Assembly: GCF_052425735.1 (NCBI RefSeq)
Contig: NC_135763.1
Span: 14,632,001-14,696,000, forward strand
Direction: 5' to 3'
DNA length: 64,000 bases
Origin: Oculina patagonica
Taxonomy: Eukaryota
Shown here piece by piece: positions 1-12,300 of the stretch (position 1 is the stretch's first letter; each line of letters starts with the position of its first letter). The position numbers were made by a program, and so were the translations under genes. The notes under the pieces are model-generated. The model saw nothing but the letters and a program-made list of their open reading frames with translations, was not told where the DNA came from and ran no database searches.

Positions 1-14
1 ATGATCCATAAGGA

Positions 15-281
15 ATCCCATCAGGCCAGAGGAGCTTATCCCAGTTTCCATAGCATAAAGCAACTAGGAACAAAATGATTTCTACTCCCCCTTGGATGGG
101 ATGCTACATGCAGTCCATCACAGGGTACCCCCTAGCATTAAAATTTGCTGGTACCCATTAATACACCTGGGTGAAGACAGACACTACGAGAGTGTCTTGC
201 CCAAGAACACACTGCAGTGCCCCGGCCAGAGCCCAAACCTGTCCAGCACACTAACCATTAATTAGGCCACAGCGTCTCCCA
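15..281 (-). mobile_element. tRNA-derived SINE; related copies at about 38500-38665 (-), 56765-57030 (+), 58095-58280 (+) and 58955-59057 (+)
   Basis: Shared body (GTGTTCTTGGGCAA..CACAGTG.CTCTCTCCACCCAG..GCATCCCATCCAGGGGGAGTAG) and a tRNA-like head with GGTTCGAG B-box in the 56765 copy. Confidence 0.7.
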
Positions 282-388
282 TAAGAGGAATGGAAGTACT
301 CCTAGTTCATTTCTTCCATAAAAGTCAAGTTACAGCTGCATGGTGTCATTTCATGAATATTATCTTGAGCTCCAGTTCCTTTTCATAG

Positions 389-3300
389 ATCCAAACATGC
401 CTGGAGATCCTGGAAAGTATTTTATTGTTCACTGCAGAAGAAAGCCAACTTTCCACAAGAACAGGGATGTCAATAGTCCAACGAGTCCTGCAAAGTCACT
501 TAAAGCTGTTATATTCATGTTTGAATCCATCGAGTCCTCCTGAAGTTATCAAGTCTGCTTTGAAACTACTCACAGCCATGGTCACACAAGGTGCTTCAGC
601 TGCGAGAGAAGTTCAAAGGTCATTTGACTTTACCTTAAAGTGGCTATCCTCACTACCAAACAAACGTGACAGGAAGGTATGTTATTATAAATTCCAATTG
701 GATCTGTCTGAAAACGGTGAGCAAAGAGCCACTCAAGAATATGCCACTGCAAACTTTTTAATATTTGTTTCGTTATTTAATATTTTTTTAATCATCAGTT
801 AAGTACTGCCATATATGGAAAAATTCTATTTACAGGTAGGAGTACAGGGAGGTACATGTAGATTTATTTAAGCCAGGTAAAATACCCTTCTTTTGTATGA
901 ATTTTACCACCTATGAAGAATAGTACCGGTAAATGGAGAAATAGTGAAGGTTTGGAAGCCTTTTCCTTGACTAATTTGTGGTTTTACCTTTGAATGTTTT
1001 GTGTTTCAGTCTTTGCAAGATGTAAGGACTTGTTTCATATACTTCTGTCTCTCATTTCTGATGTTTGGTGACTTGGCTGTCATGAAACAGATCTTAGAAC
1101 TGAAAGGTATTTTGCATTCACTTACAGTGCGGCTACTGTTACCGTGGTCACCCGGACAAAGTTAACCAATCACAAAGCAGAACGGGAACATACATTCCAA
1201 CATTTTTACTCCAGCCAATGAAATATTGAGTACAGAACAAAGAAATTTCAACTTGTTCACTTGTGAAGCTTAATAATGTAAATACAGCGTTAGCTATCAT
1301 TGACTTTCAATTTAAACATTTGAGTAGTTTCACATGCTACACAAATGAATTTGTCATGCAAGTGAGCTAGAACTGATTTCAAACTGAATGAAAGCAGTGG
1401 ACGCAACGGCCGTACATGTATATTTGGGCAATTTGCGCAGCGGATTTAAATAAAAAATCAACTGCCGGCGGTTTCCGCTCCAGGGAGTTGTATTTTATAC
1501 TGTTTTGAATTGTTCAGAAAATAATAACTCGACTGCGGAATTGGAATATCGGTTATTTTTTCAACAATGGTTTACATACAAGTGAAATCGTGCTATAAAC
1601 TTTTTTTCCGAAATAAATTTCTTCACTTTAATTTTGGGTTGTTGAGGAAACCATTGAAGTGCTCAAGAGAGCCGACAGTTAGTTTGAGAATTCAAATACA
1701 CCACGCACTTTGCTTTCAAAACAATTTTAAAGTACTCTTTTACAACAAAGTGAACCGGTAATAAATTTTCTTTTTCACCTTAATCGTACTGCCAGAACCC
1801 AGCACGTGAAACTCAAAGTTTTTGTCAAATTTTCATAATACGGTGGAGAACAAATATCCGACAGCAAACAAGCCGTGTTTTCGTTGTTAACAAATCCGAC
1901 ACGCACTTTTATGTCTAGATAGACATAAGGTACGTTTGTCGCTTCCCCTTTTTTAATACAGTTTGAAGCTGATCTCTTTCATAAACATCGCTGATATTGG
2001 CCTTCCAGCTTGTGCAGTCAAAACTAGTCAAGAAAGGGAAGGAATCGAAGCTATTTGAAGACCCAACACTTTATAGCGAAAATTTGTACTGATCTGTTTT
2101 CGTGGCGAATGAACAAGTTGAAATTTTTTTTGTTCTGTACATGACATTTCATTGGCTGAAATTAAAAATGTTGGAATCTATTGTTACCGTTCTGCGTTGT
2201 GATTCATTAACTTTGTCTGGGTGACCCCGTTAACAGTAGCCGCACTGTAAAAGAAATCTTCTGCATGTCGAAGAGGAGAGGGAAATAATTATCTTAAGTA
2301 AAAATTGAATGTTGTTTAATGTTCCTGTGAAGCTAAATCATAAAAAAATCTGTGCTAAATTAGAATAAATTTTCAATGATTTGGCTTTACAGGAACATTC
2401 AACAACATTCAATTTTATTAAATTTTATTGATATTACATATCCAAGTGTTTCAATAAAATTTGAAGTATACACTGTATGTAGGCAGCTGGTTTGAGTAGA
2501 GTAACCAACTGTTTGATAGATTTTTTTAATTACTTCTCAATTCAGGAAAAAAAGTAGCTGACTTCTCTCAGAGAAGTAGAAAAAGTAGCTAATGCATTTT
2601 TTGCTGTTGGTTCTAGTTGATAGCACTGCACATCCAAACCAGTTTCACAGTTATGATTTCTTTAATTAGTGTTATGTATTATGCACAAGTTTGATGTGTA
2701 ATATGGATAAATAAATCTACAATGTTATCTCCCTGGAGAAAATTCTACATGGGATGGAAATTGGAAGGGGGGGGGGTGGGGAAGGGGGGGTATCTTAAGA
2801 AGACCTACACTTTGATTAATAATATTGATGTGACTGATGTGACAAGATCAGTAAATTACTACATCAACAGAGGACTAATTTATTTTTTCTTGTCATTTTT
2901 TCTCATCACTGTAGGATTTCTACAGTCAGTTATGAAAGGTTTGCAGTTTGATGCACCAGATGTGGTTCATGCTGTGTTGTCAACTCTTCAAGGAAGAGTG
3001 AGTGTCAATTATATTGCTTGTGTAAAATTCCATTGAAACAACTGCCCATTGCGATAAATTTCCCAAATTGATGCAGATTTCAGTGGGACAGTCATATCTC
3101 ATAACTTTGGCTCTTACATGTATCTTTCATACATTTTGCCAATTCAACATCTCACTATTTCGCCACTTTGTGTTTTAAACACTCCCCTTCCGTTTTGCAT
3201 TTTTATTGACACTTTATTACCTGTAATATTGTTATTAAAGGGTTAACATGAGTTTTTAAAAACTTCATGAGGTTGTAAAACTAATGAAAAAATTGCCCTT

Positions 3301-6300
3301 ATAATAATCAGATTCTTAATCTAATAGGTGGTACAAAATTCTGGGCTAACAAAGAAAACCAAAGTGCAGTTCTTTAATGCCTATGTCCTCTCGCAACTGG
3401 CAACTCTTTATCAATACACCAAGGATGCTGAGGAGGAAAACAACAGTGATGAACATAAATCTGATCAAACAGTGCGGCAAAAAGTGCATGATCTGCTGCT
3501 GAAAATCTGTGGGTCATTTAAACTTGGAATTTGTTTTTCAAATACTGCGGGAGCATTTTCTACCAGGTACAGAATGTAAATATGTGTGTACATGTCCCGG
3601 GGGGGGGGGGGTACTCCCTATAATGGCCTATACGGGGAGGCTCCGCCCGAAAGGGGTACCTTTTTCAGGCTTCAGGTATACAAAAGGGTAGGGATTTCAC
3701 ACGTTTAAGTATATGAAAGGGTATGGAAATATGTCATTTGGCTATTTAACTCTTTCGCTGCGGTTGTCGAGAAAACTCGACATTTCATTTCGTGACTCTG
3801 AGTGCGGATGTCGAGTTTTCTCGACATGATAAACAATCCCAGATTTCCTTTCGAAACTGTCTCCAATAGGGACGCTATGATCAATAATTACTTCAGATAC
3901 CCTCTAGGAGAACTGGAAAGCGTGACGAGCACGATCTTTTGCCATTTGCATATAATGGCGGAGTATTATCGACAAATTCATGTTACACTGTTGCTGTTTA
4001 CGGCCAAAGGACATTTAAACATGGCATCGAATGAGAATTTTTCAATTGAGGAGTGCTTCGGAGAAGATTCTAACCGACTTTCGCCGAGAATATAACAGTT
4101 GTGGTTTACGAATCAAGTGATTTCAATGAACAGATTGAGTATCTGAGACGCGGCTGTTGCAAAACAATGGTTTCAACCTTCACGCTTGGGAAGGAAGCTA
4201 TCAGATGGCGAACGAAATTGCTGAAAGGACCAAAATGCAATGAATTTATGAAAAGGTTGCTTTTTACGATGTAGAATTATGTTAGGCACAATTCCTGAAA
4301 ATCTTAATTAAATTGCTTGAATAGAACGAAAGATATTGTTGAATATGATGCGTGACTGTGTGATTCAACGCACTGTGAAAAAAATGCAGCACTGCGGGGG
4401 AGTAAGGTCAACAGAAAAGTCAGCAGCGAAAGAGTTAAAAGGGCCTTTAATTAAAAATAATATTTCGAACAGACGCAATTTATGGCTGTATTATTTTAAT
4501 TTATTAAGCGCTACATAAAATTGACAAGAAAACATCCTATTTTAAGTCCATGCCATGTCTCTTAGGTATATGAAAGGGGTACCTTTTTCAGTTAAAGGTA
4601 TACAAAAGGGGTACAATTTCTGTCAAAAATGGTATAAAAGGGTAAGGGGTTAGAACTTGGGGCGGAGCCTCCCCGTATAAAACTTTTTGGAGTATCCCCC
4701 CCCCCCCCCCCGGTACATGAATGACTTGTTATGATTTTTTTCCTGTCCTGCCCCTGTCCCATTTCCCCTGTCCCCGTGCTTGGTGCCCTGTACCGTACAG
4801 AACCGTGCCGTGCTGTGCCGTCTTTATACTGTCTTGTACTGTACACAAAACTGTTGGTATCTAAATTAAAGTAATACATGTAATTTCTTTTATCATTGTC
4901 TATTTTAAATAAATAAAAAAATGTTTTCTCTAGGAGTAACAACCCAGTGTTGTTAAAGTTCCTTCAGAGTTTATCTTCAGTGACAACAGATGTACTCATC
5001 CAAGAACTAGTCATCACTGTGTTATCCTGCTGTCAAGATGTTGTGAGGCCTTTTCTCTCAAGCTTGACAGCAATATACGAGCCCAGACTTTCCATGCCGT
5101 GGATTGCAAATATGAACTTGGTTACAAAGGTGAGAAAATGATTATGCAAAGTGCAAGACACAAGAAATATCTAAGAGTAGCTTGAAATCAGTGATAATAC
5201 AATGTCAATTCTAAGTACTAAGCCTTGACGATGATGCAATAAAACCATTTCTAGCTAGGTTAAGTAACCATTACAATGACTCTTGTGTGGTGTGTGTCTG
5301 ATGAAGAATGCCAGTTGCAAGCCTAGCCATTGCTCCCTTGCTCTTAGGTTTTGTTCATAGGTAAGACTATTTACTCAGTGCCTCGACTTTTCACTCGGTC
5401 AAGTGAATTAAAAGGGTTCTTAGCCTGGTTTCCATAATTTATTATTATGATAGCAGATGATTGCAGTGGATCACAGACGGTCGCAAAATTGAAGAAATTT
5501 ACTGAACCATGTGATCGCAATGATCGCAGAGCGAACTGTTTCCATATGATTGCAGGCGATCGCAGAATTGTTGAATGATATGATTGATTATCTTAATGGA
5601 TCAACCCCAGGGGCCGGGGTACTTCAGCTTGTAAATGACAGTGAAGATCAAAGGATTTTTTGGGGTTTGAAATTTTTGATTCCGGGATTTTTGGGGGGTT
5701 GGAAAATTTGGCAAGTATTTTTTTGGGTGATTTGATTTAATTAGGGGATTTTTTTGGTATTGGAGGATCATTGCAATATTTTATTGACTGTGTTCCCATA
5801 TGACCGCAGCGATTGCAGACAATCACAGCCAATCACAAGCAATTGCAGATAGTCGCAGGGAAGAGAACTTGGTTCTATTTTCTGCAATTGTTTGCGACCG
5901 TCTGCGATCGACTGCAGATAATCGCAATGGATTGCAAACAGTGGACTAGAAATGGCATGTTTCGGCATAAGTGATTTGAGGCCCTGTTGTGGCAAAAAAT
6001 AAACTTGACCTTGTCCCACATCAGACCTGCTCCTTCCTTTCTGTTATAATATTGTGCTTTTCAATTGTGTAGATTTATGTGGTACTGCCACAGCCTTCAC
6101 AAATGCTGGAGAAATCTGGTTTGAAGATTACAGCAGAAATGCTACCATCCTTGATCAACATGGTAGTTCCAGTGGGAATTAGTAGGACAGGTTTAAATCA
6201 TGGAGTTCAGGTAATTCAATCATTTATTTTAGTTTAGTGTACCTTAAGAATGTCTTGGAACTGTAGGTAAAAAGTTTAAAAGAAAAATCCCAGCCAAATC

Positions 6301-9300
6301 CTGGCTAAAGCATTGTCAAAGCATGGTCAAAGCATGGCAAAAAACTGGCCAAATCCCTGCCAATTGGTCAAATCTCTGCCATTTTCTGGCAAATGCATGA
6401 CCCAAAACATGGCCAAGACATTGCTAAAGCCTGGCTGAAGCCTGGCCAAAGCCTGACCAAAGCCTGGCCAAAACCTGATCAAAGCCTGACCAAAGCCTGG
6501 CCAAAGCCTGATCAAAGCCTGACCAAAGCCTGGCCAAAGTGTGGCCAAAGCATTACCAAAACACAGCCAAAGCATGGCTAAAGCCTGACCAAAGCAAGGC
6601 CGAAGCATCGCCAAACCCTGACCAAAGCGTGGCTAAAGCCCGGGGGGGGGGGGGACTCCCATATTAAAGGGACGGGGATGCTCGTCGAAAACTTTGAAAA
6701 GAACCCCTAAAAGAGACCAATCTGGGCATGCTCAAGCTATTTTAGACCCCTAAAAGATACCAAAATTCTGAGAAAAAGAACTTATATTTGTATATTTCAT
6801 CGTGTGCAACCCTAAACGAGACCCTGACAGCTAAAAATATTGTCATTTTCTTGCATTTTCCCCAGAACACCCTAAGCGAGACCCAAAGTCCGAAATTTAT
6901 ACCCCTAAGCGAGACGACGAGCATCCCCGTCACTCTCATATGGAAGTCCCCCCCCCCCCCCGGGGGCTAAAGCGCAGCTAAAGCATGGCCAAAGCCTGAC
7001 CAATGCATGGCCAAAGCGGGACAAAATCCTGGCCAAAGCGCAGTGAAAGCATGACAAAAACTCACCTGACAAAATATTTGCTAATTCGCCAACAATTGTG
7101 AGTCGAACTCTCTGCAAATTTCTGGCCAAAGCATGGCCGAAGTCTGCCCACTGCATGGCCAAAGCTTGGCCAACGTCTGGCCAAAGCATGGCAAAAGCAT
7201 GGCCAAAGCATGGCCAAAGCATGACCAAATCCTGACCAAAGCCTGACCAAAGGGTGGCCAAAGCATGGCCAACCCTGACCAAAGTGCGGCCAAGCCTGAG
7301 AAAAGCGTAGCAAAGGCGCGCCCAAAGCACAGCCAAAGCGTGGCCAAAGCACGGCCAAAGCATAGCCAAAGCATGGCCAAAGCCTGACCAAAGCGCGGCT
7401 AAAGCGCAGCCAAAGCACGGCCAAAGCGTGGCCAAAGCACGGCCAAAGCGCGGCCAAAGCATGGCCAAAGCCTGACGAAAACATGGACTAAATGCGGCCA
7501 AATCCTGGCTTAAGCACCGTCAATGCATGGTCTAAGCCTGGCCAAAGCCTGGTCAAAGCCTGAACAACACATAGCCAAAGCTTGACAAAAGTCTGACCAA
7601 AGCACAGCCAAAGGGTGGCCAAAGCACAGCCAATGGCCGGGCAAAACGTAGCCAAAGCATGGCCAAACCGCGGCCAAAGCGTGCCCAAAGGGCAGCCAAA
7701 GCGCAGTCAAAGTGCAGCAAAAGCATGACCAAAACTCAGCAAAAGAATGGCCAAACCTGACCAAATATTTGCTAATTCGCCACCAATTGTGAGTCAAAAT
7801 CCTGCCAATTTCTGGCCAAAGCATGGCCAAAGTCTGCCCACTGCGTGGCCAAAGCTTGGCCAACGTCTGGCCAAAGCATGGCATAAGCATAGCCAAAGCA
7901 TGGCCAAATCCTGACCAAAGCCTGACCAAAGGGTGGCCAAAGCATGGCCAAAGCCTGACCAAAGTGCGGCCAAAGCCTAGCCTAAGCCTGGCCAAAACCT
8001 GACCAAAGCATGGCCAAAGCGTGGCCAAATCCTGACCAAAGCATGGCGAAAGCCTGACCAAAGCATAGCCAAAGCATGGACAAAGGATGGACTAAGCCTG
8101 GCCAAGGCACAGCCAAAGCCTGACCAAAGCATGGTCAAAGCGTGGCGAAAGAAAGCCTGACCAAAGCATGGCCTTAGCATGGCCAAAGCCTGACCAAAGC
8201 ATGGCCAAAGCGTGGCCAAATCCTGATCAAAGCATGGCCAAAGCCTTACCAAAGCACCGCCAAAGCATTGGCCAAAGGATAGACTAAGCCTGGCCAAGGC
8301 ATGGCCAAAGCCTGACCAAACCATGGCCAAAGCCTGACAAAAAAAGCATGGCCAAAGTGCGGCCAAAGCATCGCCAAAGCGCAGCCAACGCATGGCCAAA
8401 GCACAGCCAAAGCAAGGCCAAAGCACAGCCAAAGCATGGTCTAAGCCTGGTCAAAGCATGGCCAAAGCCTGACCAAAGCGTAGCCAAAGCATGGCCAAGC
8501 ATGGCTAAAGCCTGGCCAATGCGCAGCGAAGGATTGGCCAAAGTGCAGCCAAAGCATTGCCAAAGCCTGGTCAAACCCTCACCAAAGCATAGCCTAAGCA
8601 TTACAAAAGCCTGACCAAAGTGGGGCCAAAGCACAGCCAAAGCACAGCAAAAGTGTGGCCAAAGCGCAGCCAAAGCATGGCCAAAGCCTGACCAAAGCGT
8701 AGCCAAAGCATGACCAAGCATGGCTAAAGCCTGGCCAATGCGCAGCGAAGGATTGGCCAAAGTGCAGCCAAAGCATTGCCAAAGCCTGGCCAAACCCTCA
8801 CCAAAGCATAGCCTAAGCATTACAAAAGCCTGACCAAAGTGGGGCCAAAGCACAGCCAAAGCACAGCAAAAGTGTGGCCAAAGCGCAGCCAAAGCATGGC
8901 CAAAGCCTGACCAAAGCGTGGCCAAAGCACGGCGAAAGCACGGCAAAAGCATGACCTAAGCCTGGCCAAAGCATGGCCAAAGCCTTACCAAAGCATGGAC
9001 AAAACTTAACCAAAGCGTACCCAAAGCGCGCCCAAAACACAGCCAAAGCATGGCCAAAGCGTAGCCAAGGCATGGCCACAGCATGGCCAAAGCCTGAGCA
9101 AAGCTTAGCAAAGGCCTGCCCAAAGCACAGCCAAAGCACGGCCAAAGCACGCCCAAAGCATAGCCAAAGCATGGCGAAAGGATGAACTAAGCCTGGCCAA
9201 GGCACGGCCAAAGCCTGACCAAAGCATGGTCAAAGCGCGGCGAAAGCCTGACCAAAGCCTGACCAAAGCATGGCCTTAGCATGGCCAAAGCCTGACCAAA

Positions 9301-12300
9301 GTGTGGCCAAAGCATGGCCAAATCCTGATCAATGCATGGCCAAATCCTGACCAAAGCACCGCCAAAGCATGACCAAAGCATGGCCAAAGCCTGACCAAAG
9401 CATGGCCAAAGCGGGGCCAAAGCGTGGCCAAATCCTGATCAATGCATGGCCAAAGCCTGACCAAAGCACCGCCAAAGCATGACCAAAGGATGGACTAAGC
9501 CTGGCCAAGGCACTGCCAAAGCCTGACCAAACCATGGCCAAAGCCTGACAAAAGCAAGACCAAAGCGCAGCCAAAGCATGGCCTAAGCCTGGTCAAAGCA
9601 TGGCCTAAGCCTGACCAAAGCGTAGCCAAAGCATGGCAAAGCATGGCTAAAGCCTGACCAATGCATAGCAAAGGCGCGCCCAAAGTGCAGCCAAAGCGCG
9701 GCCAAAGCACGGCCAAAGCATAGCCAAAGCATGGCGAAAGCCTGACCAAAGCACCGCCAAAGCATGGCCAAAGGATGAACTAAGCCTGGCCAAGGCACGG
9801 CCAAAGCCTGACCAAAGCCTGAACAAAGCATGGCCTTAGCATGGCCAAAGCCTGACCAAAGCATGGCCAAAGCCTGACCAAAGCATGGCCAAAGCGTGGC
9901 CAAAGCGTGGCCAAATCCTGATCAATGCATGGCCAAAGCCTGACCAAACCATGGCCTAAGCCTGGTCAAAGCATGGCCAAAGCCTGACCAAAGCGTAGCC
10001 AAAGCATGGCCAAGCATGGCTAAAGCCTGACCAATGCACGGCGAAGGCTTGGCCAAAGTGCAGCCAAAGCATCGCCAAAGGCTGGACAAACCCTCACCAA
10101 AGCATAGCCTAAGCATGACAAAAGCCTGACCAAAGTGCGGCCAAAGCACAGCCAAAGCGCAGCCAAAGCATGGCCAAAGTGCAGCAAAAGTGTGGCCAAA
10201 GCGCAGCCAAAGCATGGCCAAAGTGCAGGAAAAGTGTGGCCAAAGCGCAGCCAAAGCATGACCTAAACCTGGCCAAAGCATGGCCAAAGCATGGCCAAAG
10301 CCTGACCAAAGCATGGACAAAACTTAACCAAAGCATACCCAAAGCGCACCCAAAACACAGCCAAAACGTGGCCAAAGCGTAGCCAAGGCATGGCCAAAGC
10401 CTGAGCAAAGCTTAGCAAAGGCGCGCCCAAAGCACAGCCAAAGCGCGGCCAAAGCACGGCCAAAGCATAGCCAAAGCATGGCCAAAGCCTGACCAAAGCG
10501 TAGCCAAAGCGCGGCCAAAGCACGGCCAAAGCGTGGCCAAAGAACAGCCAAAGTGCAGGCAAAGCATGACTAAAGCCTGACCAAAGCATGGCCAAAGGCA
10601 GTCAGAGAATGGAAAAACCTGGCCAAATCCCCACCAATTTTGGGTCAAATCTCTGCCAATTTCTGGCCAAAGCATTGCCATAGTCTGCACACTGCATGGC
10701 CAAAGCATGGCCAAATGCATGGCCAAATCACAACCCAATCCTTAACAAGTCCCAGCTAATTCCTGGCCAAATGCTGGCCTCATCCTAGAGAGCCAAATAC
10801 AAATGACAAATCTTGGCGAATTCCCATACAAATGTTCTGGCCAAATCCTGGCCAATTCCCAGCCAACTAATGGCCAAAACCCTGCCCATTCCTGGGGTCA
10901 ATTTAATAAAACAATTACGGTACATGTGTAATGAACAAGTGAAGCTTTTGTTTTTCTGAAGGCCTGGATCCACCACTGCATAGTAGAATCACTGAAAAAC
11001 TTGTGGCCCTCTATCCTAACAAATTATTCAATACTTGAAATACATCTTCTTTTTATTCTTATGTAGGCACAGTAGGTTACAAAACTATCAATTTAAATGC
11101 TTTGATGCCAAGAATCATTATTTTGAACTTGTAGCCCATTCTGGCCAAATCCCAGTCATAGTCCTGTTTAATCTCATTAATTAACCTTCTCTTAATAGCA
11201 TGCAAGTTCCCTAGTAAAACATACAACATTATCATTGGTAGTAGTGATCCTCAATAGAGCACAGAATGCTGCAGGATGGCTGGCTTTCAAAAGTGGAACA
11301 GTATTGCATCAAACGAACATTACTACACAGACAGAAGCACCATTACTGCAACAGTTTAGGGAAGGTGTTATCAAGGCACTACCTGATGTGACGACCATTA
11401 TCTCGCTGAGACAAAACCTTATTAAAGCAAAGACAGAGTCCCAGGAAGAAGGTTTGTTGTGGATATAATTCTACAATTTTACATCAAATGGAAAGATAAA
11501 AAGTCACTCTGAATCTTCAGTAGTGCTACAAGAAAAAACCCTCTAGCTTGGGGCTTAATTATCAAATTAAATCATTCTTCTTTAAACTCAGTTCACCCCT
11601 CCCTGTTCAAATAATTCTTATTTGAACAGTGGATAAATGTATAGTAAAGAAGTGATCCTTGTATTGAAATTAGAAATTGCAAGTAAAAAGGCCTGAAAAA
11701 AAATCAAAAAAATATATTCAGGGCTTCATTCCTGGCAATTTCTTTTATTGCAACTTTACTGCCAGGATCACTTCTTTACTTTTGTACCATTACTCAGTAC
11801 CTTTTGATTTATGGTTACTTTTATGTACAGAAGTGGCAAGTCCCACAGTTCTTCTTGCACAAAGTCTGAAAGTAATCCATGGGTTCCAGATGCTATGGCC
11901 ATCAGCCCTGTCTCGTGGTAACTTTGACCTGAGGAAATTGTTACCAGGACATCAAGAGATGACATTGCCACCCATTGCACAGCATTTGACTTTACAGATT
12001 CTACTTCAGGCCCCACTTGGGAGCCTTAAATGGTATCAGCAGGTCAGTTTTACCCTAGCCTGCAGAGCAGGCGTATTAAGTGAGCGCATTCGAATGCATT
12101 TTGATTGGGCGCCATCTTGGATTCTTATTGGGGAGAGGATTGGGAATAGGAGAAACGTGTCCTAGGGTAGTAGGAGTGAGGCAGAAAAGTAGGGGAGGGG
12201 GAGGGGAAGGAAAAATACGCTTGCCAAGCCTCTCTCTGTCCTCATCCAACATGGCGGCGAATCTACTCGATCGCGAACTAATACTACGTGCACCCACGGA

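Noticed and set aside
5298-5330. CTGATGA as another hammerhead core
   Set aside because: No stem II hairpin or downstream GAAA follows.
6327-10738. Dozens of overlapping ORFs with LAMLWPCFGQA / KAWPK repeats
   Set aside because: They are translations of the 11-bp satellite, frame-shifting in all phases within an intron; not a repeat protein.
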